Part shown: positions 19,462-26,664 of the stretch, piece by piece
Layout: each line of letters opens with the position of its first letter
Numbering within the stretch: position 1 is the first letter of the stretch
DNA from: Nostoc sp. PCC 7120 = FACHB-418
Lineage (GTDB): Bacteria; Cyanobacteriota; Cyanobacteriia; Cyanobacteriales; Nostocaceae
Direction of reading: 5' to 3'
Length of the DNA stretch: 32,000 nucleotides
NCBI RefSeq assembly: GCF_000009705.1
Contig: NC_003272.1
Coordinates: 5,970,001 to 6,002,000, forward strand
Translations under genes and position numbers: made by a program
The notes under the pieces: model-generated
Database searches by the model: none
What the model saw: only the letters and a program-made list of their open reading frames with translations
Told to the model about the DNA's origin: nothing

Positions 19462-20172
19462 TCACCTTTTTTTTAGGTAATATAATTCTGGTGTCATGTT
19501 GGGAGATTCTTCCTGCACTTTGCTTTTCGCATATTCATGCAACTCATCTACCGCAATCCAACCATCGCCATTTTTATCGGCTGCACCTTTTTCAATGCCT
19601 TCTACTAAATAATTGGTGTAAATCCCTAAGCCAAAATCATCAGACTCAAAGGCATATTGTGTAGAAGTAGAAGCCGTGAGAATCGCCCTTCCCTCACCGC
19701 CTAAATACTGTTGCAGGTTAATCTCACCACTATCCCTGGCTGTAAAACCTTTGGCAAATGCACCACTAAAACAACAATCTAAAATTACTACCTGTCGCTT
19801 AAATGTCTTGAGGCTCATCCAGCCTTGTACATCTCTAGCAGCTATAGCTGAAGCTGTCCTTAATTTTCCCTGATCTTTGCGAGTGTTACGAGTGGAAAAG
19901 TAAAAATGACCGTCTTCTACGGTGACACCATGACCAGAAAAATACAAAAGCCCCAGGTCATCTTTCTCACACTTGAAGTAAAAATCCTCGATAGCCTCGG
20001 CCATTTCTTGCCGTGAGGGATTTTCTAGGACTTTGACCGCATCAAAACCACCCATTTCAGGGTCTAGCAAAACGCGCTGCATCGCCTCAACATCCTTCAC
20101 AGCTTTTGGTAATGGTGCTAATGTCGGCTCATCATATTCACTAATCCCAATTAACAGTGCTACCTTAGCCAT
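19462..20172 (-). CDS. Caspase-like peptidase (C14, orthocaspase) with a C-terminal EF-hand
   Basis: The catalytic His is in LLYFSGHG and the catalytic Cys in VVILDCCFSGAF. The canonical EF-hand loop is DKNGDGWIAVDE (19543-19578). The ATG at 20172 (MAKVALLIGISEY) is preferred over the TTG at 20238. Confidence 0.8.
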   Translation of the reverse strand: MAKVALLIGISEYDEPTLAPLPKAVKDVEAMQRVLLDPEMGGFDAVKVLENPSRQEMAEAIEDFYFKCEKDDLGLLYFSGHGVTVEDGHFYFSTRNTRKDQGKLRTASAIAARDVQGWMSLKTFKRQVVILDCCFSGAFAKGFTARDSGEINLQQYLGGEGRAILTASTSTQYAFESDDFGLGIYTNYLVEGIEKGAADKNGDGWIAVDELHEYAKSKVQEESPNMTPELYYLKKR

Positions 20173-20575
20173 TGTTGCTGTCTTGGTTGTTTCTGGCCTG
20201 ATTAATGAGTTCCTCGGTTTTTTGTTTGATGTATTCAATATCTTCTTTGCTATTCGCTTTCCCCCTAAATTTTGCTCCTTCCTTGGTGATTTCTATGTCT
20301 AGTTCCAAATTCCTACCAATACCACGACCTAAAAAGTCAAATAAAGGCTTGATTAAAGCAGGACTGACTAGGGCTGTGAATTTTCCCGGCGAAAAACCAC
20401 CTAAAGCCTTGGAACCTGTTGGTACTTCTGTAATGGGAACTAAAGCTGCATCTTCTACCCCGTCCACTTCTCTTAACTGGGGTAGCAAATTTTGTACTTT
20501 TTCTTGCAATTCAGCATCATCTAAGCCTGGTTCATTCAAGGAAATAGTTATCTGAACCTGAGATGTTGTTTCCAT
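20165..20575 (-). CDS. Small uncharacterised protein translationally coupled to the caspase gene
   Basis: A 136-aa ORF with an ATG start. Its stop overlaps the caspase start in ATGGCTAA. No enzyme motif was found. Confidence 0.6.
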   Translation of the reverse strand: METTSQVQITISLNEPGLDDAELQEKVQNLLPQLREVDGVEDAALVPITEVPTGSKALGGFSPGKFTALVSPALIKPLFDFLGRGIGRNLELDIEITKEGAKFRGKANSKEDIEYIKQKTEELINQARNNQDSNNG

Positions 20576-20784
20576 ATAAATCGCTTAAATATAACCAGAA
20601 TATCTTTAAACGATTGTATCGGTTATTGAGGGAATTTAGTTAATATCCGAAGGTTTTGGGGAAATAATGAGTCACTGTATAGTATAACTACGAGGGCGAT
20701 CGCTCTTACTAAATATATAAGTACATTTAAGACTAGTGATTATAGGGATTTTCGCTTATGTGTAGTATGGTTTTGAGTCTTACT

Positions 20785-20807
20785 CCCCTTCCCTTGTAGG
20801 GAAGGGG
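20785..20807 (-). terminator. GC-rich hairpin ~45 nt after the aroA stop; possible terminator
   Basis: The hairpin is ccccttccc-ttgta-gggaagggg. There is no clear U-tract on either strand. Confidence 0.3.
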
Positions 20808-20850
20808 TTGGGGGTTAGGTCTGTATTAAACTCAACTGCGAACGATCATA

Positions 20851-22134
20851 TTAATCAATCATTTTAAAGAAGCGGGTAAAGTAGTCGGGGAATGTCTTGG
20901 CTGTACAACCTGGGTCTTGAATCACAATACCTGGGGTTTTTAAGCCTGTAACGGCAAAAGCCATTGCCATTCTATGGTCGTGGTAGGTTTCGATAGCGGC
21001 TGGGGTGATGGGGGTTGGTTCAATTTTCATCCCGTCGGCAAATTCTTCAACTTTCACACCTAAACGACGTAATTCGGTGACGACGGCGCGGATGCGTTCG
21101 GTTTCTTTATAGCGGATATGTTCTACATTACGGATGATAACAGGTGAACTAGCATAAGGGGCGATCGCTCCCAATGTTTGCACCAAATCCGACATATCAT
21201 TCATATCAATGTCGATACCTTGTAATTGTTCTGGCCCAATAACTTCGGTGTAATCTGCACCCTCAATTACCTGACAACCCATCTGTTCTAAAACATTCAG
21301 CCACAAAATATCACCTTGGCAAGATTGTTTAGTTAAATGGTTCACCCGCACTCGTCCACCAGTGACGGCGGCGGCGGCGAAAAAGTAAGAAGCATTCGAC
21401 GCATCGGGTTCTATAGTATAGTGTCGAGCTTGGTAACGTTGACCTGCTTTGATATGAAATTGGTTGTCGTCAGTTTGGGTGACATCCACACCAAAATCAG
21501 CCATCAGGCGACAAGTCATTTTTACATAAGATTGGGAAACCAATGTACCCTCAACCTCAATGGTTGTATCCTGTTGGGCGTAGGGCGCAATCATCAGCAA
21601 GGCGGAAAGTTGCTGACTGGTTTGGTTGGCTTTGAGGCGAAAATGTCCACCTGCAAATTGCTGACCATAAATAGTGTAGGGCATAAAACCAGAGTTGCCC
21701 TCAAAGTTAATTGTTATGCCACTGTTTTGTAGCACCGTTACCAAGTCACCCATTGGACGTTCCCGCATCCGAGGAACTCCATCTAAGCGATATTCCCCAT
21801 TACCAAGTGCTACCAACGCCGTGATAAATCTTGCTGCTGTACCCGCTAAACCCACAAACAAATCTGCTTGTTTTGCCGGGATGTCGCCGCCCTTACCTGA
21901 AACTTGGATTTGCGCCAGATGAGGATGTAGTGTGATGGGAATACCCAACTGCTCTACACATTTAGCAAAATATTCACTGTCTTCACTAAATAAGGCATTT
22001 TCTAAAGTAGAGTCGCCTTGCGCTAAAGCCGCAACAAGCAATGCCCGATTAGTGATACTTTTAGAACCCGGAATCTCTACTGTGGCATCCACAGGACGAT
22101 TCAGAGCAGGGATGGCGATGGTATCCACTTTCAA
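20851..22134 (-). CDS. aroA: 3-phosphoshikimate 1-carboxyvinyltransferase (EPSP synthase)
   Basis: Has PGSKSITNRALL, LFVGLAGTAARF and a DHRMAMAFAV... C-terminal motif. The start codon is TTG/GTG and the exact start is uncertain. Confidence 0.95.
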   Translation of the reverse strand: MKVDTIAIPALNRPVDATVEIPGSKSITNRALLVAALAQGDSTLENALFSEDSEYFAKCVEQLGIPITLHPHLAQIQVSGKGGDIPAKQADLFVGLAGTAARFITALVALGNGEYRLDGVPRMRERPMGDLVTVLQNSGITINFEGNSGFMPYTIYGQQFAGGHFRLKANQTSQQLSALLMIAPYAQQDTTIEVEGTLVSQSYVKMTCRLMADFGVDVTQTDDNQFHIKAGQRYQARHYTIEPDASNASYFFAAAAVTGGRVRVNHLTKQSCQGDILWLNVLEQMGCQVIEGADYTEVIGPEQLQGIDIDMNDMSDLVQTLGAIAPYASSPVIIRNVEHIRYKETERIRAVVTELRRLGVKVEEFADGMKIEPTPITPAAIETYHDHRMAMAFAVTGLKTPGIVIQDPGCTAKTFPDYFTRFFKMID

Positions 22135-22219
22135 CCTCTATCTGGGTGGTCAGCTACAACTTATATATGTTCCCATATCATGAAGGTTGCTGGAACAGTC
22201 ATATTTTTTGGTGTTTTTT

Positions 22220-22771
22220 TCATACACCTATAAGGCGTTCAACTCGTATTGATACATCAGGAAAGGCTAAGGGTGAAACAGTTCCTGTTGTGAGGGTTAG
22301 TTCGGTCGTATATTGCTGATTGTTGAGGTCACGAAAGACTTTTAACTGGGGACTTTTTAAGTTAACAACCCAATATTCAGTAATACCAGCCTCAGCATAG
22401 ATTTCTTTTTTATCACCCAAGTCTTTAGTTAAGGTGGCATTAGCAAATTCAATTACCCAAAAAATATCTTCTGGGTAAGGGTGATGTTTTAAGTAAGTCT
22501 CACCTAAAGGTTTGACAATAGCAACATCGGGTGCAGGTTCAGAATCGTTAGGTAAGGTAATTGGTTTAGCATCACGGATTTTTACTCGCTCACCAAGTAA
22601 TGTGCGGAGATAATCTGCGGCTTCTGTGTTGTAGTAGGCGTGAGGTTCTCGTTCTGGAGGCATAACAATCAGGTCGCCGCGCAATAATTCCAGAGGCTGG
22701 TCGTCAAAAATGCCTGCTTCTATTGCTCGGTGATAGCGTTCTATTGTCCATTTATAGGTAGTTACGGTCAT
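22220..22771 (-). CDS. Uma2-family (DUF820) PD-(D/E)xK endonuclease
   Basis: ELLRGDLIVMPPEREPH...PDVAIV...VIEFANATL..D...K..YA.AGI.EYWVV is typical of cyanobacterial Uma2 proteins. Confidence 0.8.
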   Translation of the reverse strand: MTVTTYKWTIERYHRAIEAGIFDDQPLELLRGDLIVMPPEREPHAYYNTEAADYLRTLLGERVKIRDAKPITLPNDSEPAPDVAIVKPLGETYLKHHPYPEDIFWVIEFANATLTKDLGDKKEIYAEAGITEYWVVNLKSPQLKVFRDLNNQQYTTELTLTTGTVSPLAFPDVSIRVERLIGV

Positions 22772-23002
22772 AACACTTGATTTAGCTTTGGTTGTACCGT
22801 AAACACAAGAAGTTTAGTTTGATTTTAACCTTTGGGGCAAGTGTACGATAATCATAATTCTGAGGCAGGCGATGACCTACAGTCGTTGGAACGCCATTGC
22901 TCATCAGATGTTTTAGGTAAATTTGTTTACGTCCTCAGGCAACAATATTTTTTGCAATAATTGAGATGTGTCGTGCTACTAGACATTTCACCCTGAAAAG
23001 TT

Positions 23003-23698
23003 ATGATATCTGCTGAGAAAACCTCTCAACTTTTGGTAATTCCCCCATTAGAAAATGGCGATAGGCTCACCCGTTATGAATTTGAGCGCAGATATTATGC
23101 TATGCCTAATTTGAAAAAAGCAGAATTGATTGAAGGAATTGTTTACGTGGCATCACCGTTAAGAATCAAAAGTCATGGCGAACCCCATGCTTATATTATG
23201 ACTTGGTTGGGTGTTTACAAAGCAGCAACACCGGGCGTAGGTTTAGCCGACAATACTACAGTCATCATTGATGCCGATAATGAACCCCAACCAGATGCTT
23301 TACTCAGAATAGAACAAGGAGGGCGATCGCGCATTAATCAAGATGATTATTTAGAAGGTGCGCCAGAATTAATTGTAGAAATCGCTGCTTCTACTGCTTC
23401 CTATGATTTACATGAAAAATTAAAAGTGTATCGGCGTAATCAAGTCCAAGAGTATTTAGTTTGGCGAGTTTATGATAATCAATTTGATTGGTTTAAGTTA
23501 CAAGCAGGTGAGTATATACAGCTTGAAGTAAATACAGATAATATATTGCGTTCACAAACATTTCCGGGGTTGTGGTTAGCGAAGTCTGCTTTATTATCAG
23601 GCGACTTAGCTACAGTATTAGCTGTTTTGCAGCAGGGATTATCTACACCAGAACATCAAGACTTCAAAAAGTCTCAAGGGAAACTTTCTTTCTCTTAA
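23003..23698 (+). CDS. Uma2-family (DUF820) PD-(D/E)xK endonuclease
   Basis: Reads AELIEGIVYVASPLRIKSHGEPH...PDALLRI...PELIVEIAASTASYDLHEKLKVYRRNQVQEYLVW. Confidence 0.8.
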   Translation: MISAEKTSQLLVIPPLENGDRLTRYEFERRYYAMPNLKKAELIEGIVYVASPLRIKSHGEPHAYIMTWLGVYKAATPGVGLADNTTVIIDADNEPQPDALLRIEQGGRSRINQDDYLEGAPELIVEIAASTASYDLHEKLKVYRRNQVQEYLVWRVYDNQFDWFKLQAGEYIQLEVNTDNILRSQTFPGLWLAKSALLSGDLATVLAVLQQGLSTPEHQDFKKSQGKLSFS

Positions 23699-23830
23699 CA
23701 GAGACGCTACGCGAACAGAACTTTTCACTGCGTTTAAAAACATTAGTTCTGTATTGGAAACAGAACATTAATTTGGGAAGCATAGCCGTAGCCAGATAAA
23801 TTACGACATCAAGCCAAGATAAAACCCTCA

Positions 23831-23885
23831 CAACCGTCAACAGTCAACCGTCAACAGTCAACCGTCAACAGTCAACCGTCAACAG
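23831..23885. repeat. STRR array (CAACCGT CAACAGT)x4
   Basis: Four perfect 14-nt units lie in the convergent intergenic region. Confidence 0.9.
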
Positions 23886-23944
23886 CTATAAAACCAACCA
23901 AAGCTTTACCTCTATTCCCCATACCATATTTATTCAGTAAATTG

Positions 23945-25366
23945 TCATTCCCCCTTATCAAACCACCAAGGGTCACTAGCAGAGTTGGTTTTAATCAAAA
24001 ATGCTTGTTTTCTCAAAAACCGCTTCAACCCTGATGCACCCATACGCGAACCACCAAGACCAGAAAAGTTAAAGGCGTTTTTTTCTCCTTCGTGCATCAC
24101 AGCAGTAAGAGCGGCATCATTAATACTGATAGCACCTGCATTTAATTGTCGAGCAACTTTTAAAGCTTCATCTTCTGAACCTGCAAACACCGCCGCACTT
24201 AATCCATAAATTGTGTCGTTGGCTAAATATACGGCTTCTTCCACGTCGGGAAAAGGCATAACCGGCATAATTGGGCCAAAAGTTTCTTCAGTCATCACCT
24301 TCATGGAGTGATTAACATTTGTCATGACTGTAGGACGACACCACCAACCGCCACCTAATTCTTCGACTTTACCGCCGCAGTGAATGACAGCCCCTTTCTC
24401 AACTGCATCTAAAATATGATCGTTAACAATTCCGGCTTGTCTTTCAGCAATGATGGGGCCGATCGCTCCATCTTCTACTAAAGGGTAAGCTAGTTGTAGA
24501 CGATGGGCTTTAGCTATTAATTGATGATAAAACTCTTCAAATCTAGATTCAGCTACGTAAATTCTTTCAATAGATAAACAAGATTGTCCTGTATTCACAA
24601 CCGCACCCCACAAAATAGCTGAGGTAGCTAAATCTAAATTGGCTGACTCTAAAACGATCGCCGGATCTTTGCCTCCCAATTCCAAGTAAGCTGGAATAAA
24701 GCGTCTAGCTGCGGTTTCTGCGACTTCTCTTCCTGTAGCTACACTACCCGTAAAACATACCAAATCGACATAATTAATTAAATTTGCCCCAGTTTCTCCG
24801 CCTCCCTCCACAAAAGTTAAGATATCGCGCAACTCAGGAACTGTATTTAAGGCCATCAACAGAGGCGCAACAAATCGAGGAGCTATTTCACTGGGTTTGA
24901 CAACCACCGCACAACCCGCCAGCAACGCCGGAATGGTATCAATCATCGACAGCAACAAAGGAAAATTCCACGGACTAATTACGCCGACGAGGGGGTAAGG
25001 AACTAATGATTGTTGTAAAGCGATAAAGGGAATGCTGGTATTTTTGGCAGACTCTTGTAGTAATTCTGGCGCTAAACCACACCAGCGATCGATACTAGCG
25101 ATAAAAGAATCGATTTCTAATACAGTTATAGATAATCTACCCGTATCATTTACCAAAGCTTCTGTTAGTTGTTCACGTCGGGAAAGTATAGCTTGCTTCC
25201 ATTGCTGTAAAGCTGTGATTCTTCCTTCCACACCCAATTCTTGCCAACGAGATTGCGCCCGTCTCGCCCGATTACATTGCTGTGCTAGCAACCTCGGCGG
25301 CGGCGGTATAATCACATAATCAAATTTTCCCGTACGTGGATTACGAACTTCGATTGTTTTGGTCAT
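23945..25366 (-). CDS. NAD(P)-dependent aldehyde dehydrogenase
   Basis: Has ISPWNFPLLL, the catalytic Glu in ELGGKDPAIV and the catalytic Cys in GQSCLSIERIYV. Confidence 0.9.
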   Translation of the reverse strand: MTKTIEVRNPRTGKFDYVIIPPPPRLLAQQCNRARRAQSRWQELGVEGRITALQQWKQAILSRREQLTEALVNDTGRLSITVLEIDSFIASIDRWCGLAPELLQESAKNTSIPFIALQQSLVPYPLVGVISPWNFPLLLSMIDTIPALLAGCAVVVKPSEIAPRFVAPLLMALNTVPELRDILTFVEGGGETGANLINYVDLVCFTGSVATGREVAETAARRFIPAYLELGGKDPAIVLESANLDLATSAILWGAVVNTGQSCLSIERIYVAESRFEEFYHQLIAKAHRLQLAYPLVEDGAIGPIIAERQAGIVNDHILDAVEKGAVIHCGGKVEELGGGWWCRPTVMTNVNHSMKVMTEETFGPIMPVMPFPDVEEAVYLANDTIYGLSAAVFAGSEDEALKVARQLNAGAISINDAALTAVMHEGEKNAFNFSGLGGSRMGASGLKRFLRKQAFLIKTNSASDPWWFDKGE

Positions 25367-25382
25367 TTGTTAGTTGTCAGTT

Positions 25383-25418
25383 GTCAGAGACGCGATTAAT
25401 CGAGTCTGTACAGTTGTC
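25383..25418. repeat. 36-nt dispersed repeat with a palindromic core (copy 1)
   Basis: gtcagagacgcgattaatcgagtctgtacagttgtc equals the reverse complement of 26629-26664 except at 2 positions. Confidence 0.85.
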
Positions 25419-25444
25419 AATAATCAATAGTCATTGGTTAATAG

Positions 25445-25467
25445 AAAAAACGTTGTATGCAACGTTT
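25445..25467 (-). terminator. Rho-independent terminator-like hairpin after the amidase-like gene
   Basis: The minus strand reads AAACGTTG-cata-CAACGTTT followed by TTTTC. It lies ~75 nt after the stop at 25541. Confidence 0.5.
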
Positions 25468-25479
25468 GTACTTAGTTTT

Positions 25480-25540
25480 CCCCAGTCCCTAATCCCCAAT
25501 CCCCAGTCCCCAATCCCCAGTCCCCAATCCCCAATCCCCA
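25480..25540. repeat. STRR array (CCCCAGT/CCCCAAT heptamers, ~8.5 units)
   Basis: The units are ccccagt ccctaat ccccaat ccccagt ccccaat ccccagt ccccaat ccccaat cccca. The array abuts the stop codon at 25541. Confidence 0.9.
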
Positions 25541-26584
25541 TCAAATAATCCCCAACCGAGTTAAACGTTCAATAGTTTCCTGCTGTGTTTGTATAAAATG
25601 TTTGCGCTCTATTTCTTTATTCAGCATAGTGTTTGCTGGGTAAAATTTAGCTTGACTGTAGCTTTGAGCATACATTTCAAACCTTTGGCGCGATAATAAA
25701 TTATTTAAACCTGGTCTGGTGCGATCGCGTCTTAATGCAGCTAAGTCTATTTCTGCAAAAGCAGCCATACTTTCACCTGGGCCTGTTTCCGCTAAGATTA
25801 TCCCACGATGGTCAATGATTTTGGAGCCGCCATCAACGGAACCAATGGGAATCGCACTATTCGCTAAACCTGCGCTATTGGCTGAAACTACATAAGCCAT
25901 ATTCTCAACAGCACGAGTAATTTTTGCTGCATCTTTGGGAGTGAGGTTCTTGCTATACACCTCAGATGTGGAATGGAGAAAAATTTCTGCCCCCCGCATT
26001 GCCAAACATCTAGCTACTTCCGGGTATAAAATTTCCTCTGATGCCAAAGCTGCTAAATTACCAATGGCAGTTTTAGCCACAGGAAACACACCTTCTAAGC
26101 CATAACAGTCAAGGTATTTATCCCAAACATCATGAGGTGTGGGAGCAAATAAAGAATTTAACCGCCGATACCGTAAAACAACTGAACCAGAAGGGTCAAT
26201 GACAAAACAAGTTTGGAAGTATAATCCGGGGAAATTGGGGTCAAGTTCGTAAGCGTTACCTGCAAGAAATATTTGCTGTTTTTGAGCAATCATTCCCAGT
26301 GCTTCATATTCTGCACCGTTAATTTCCAAACAGGCTTTATCTGCCCATACTTGCAAAGGTTCTCCCATCGGAAAGCCTGTGAGAAAATATTCTGGTAACA
26401 CAATTAAGCGACAGTCAAACCCAATAAAAGCAATACTGGCAGCAATTTGTTGTGCCAAGCGGTTAATTGTATTGTGCATCATTAACCCAGCTTCTTGGCG
26501 ATCGCTTGCTTGATTCACTGCATGACAAGTAACTTGCAGCGCCAAAGCCCGAAATGAGTTGAGATTCCCAGGATTATCTACCAT
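25541..26584 (-). CDS. Nitrilase-superfamily protein, aliphatic-amidase (AmiE)-like, with a non-canonical catalytic triad
   Basis: IVLPEYFLTG holds the Glu. YRRLNSLF sits where AmiE has YRKIIPW. LAALASEEILYPEVARCLAMRGAEI sits where AmiE has [23 protein letters not shown]. The ATG at 26584 is preferred, because upstream track codons run into repeat DNA. Confidence 0.75.
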   Translation of the reverse strand: MVDNPGNLNSFRALALQVTCHAVNQASDRQEAGLMMHNTINRLAQQIAASIAFIGFDCRLIVLPEYFLTGFPMGEPLQVWADKACLEINGAEYEALGMIAQKQQIFLAGNAYELDPNFPGLYFQTCFVIDPSGSVVLRYRRLNSLFAPTPHDVWDKYLDCYGLEGVFPVAKTAIGNLAALASEEILYPEVARCLAMRGAEIFLHSTSEVYSKNLTPKDAAKITRAVENMAYVVSANSAGLANSAIPIGSVDGGSKIIDHRGIILAETGPGESMAAFAEIDLAALRRDRTRPGLNNLLSRQRFEMYAQSYSQAKFYPANTMLNKEIERKHFIQTQQETIERLTRLGII

Positions 26585-26628
26585 AAAGAAGAGCAGGGGG
26601 AGCAGGGGGAGTAAAAAAGATGACAACC

Positions 26629-26664
26629 GACAATTGTACAGACGCGATTAATCGCGTCTCTGAC
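26629..26664. repeat. 36-nt dispersed repeat with a palindromic core (copy 2, inverted)
   Basis: The sequence is gacaattgtacagacgcgattaatcgcgtctctgac. The core AGAGACGCGATTAATCGCGTCTCT is a perfect palindrome. Confidence 0.85.

Noticed and set aside
20033-20555. Plus-strand ORFs of 89 aa and 116 aa (20033-20302, 20205-20555) opposite the caspase and small-ORF genes.
   Set aside because: They are Ser/Pro/low-complexity antisense translations overlapping better-supported minus-strand genes.
21337-22183. Several plus-strand ORFs of 75-131 aa inside aroA, with similar antisense ORFs inside pyrG, glk, hisS, the permease, ALDH and the CIA30 gene.
   Set aside because: They lie fully inside strongly supported genes on the opposite strand and have no motifs. 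They are typical shadow ORFs.
26585-26626. An extended N-terminus (MSSFLLPLLPLLFF) of the amidase-like ORF that looks like a signal peptide.
   Set aside because: It starts at a TTG and is encoded by repeat DNA (ccccctgct units). The ATG at 26584 gives an N-terminus that aligns with the family.
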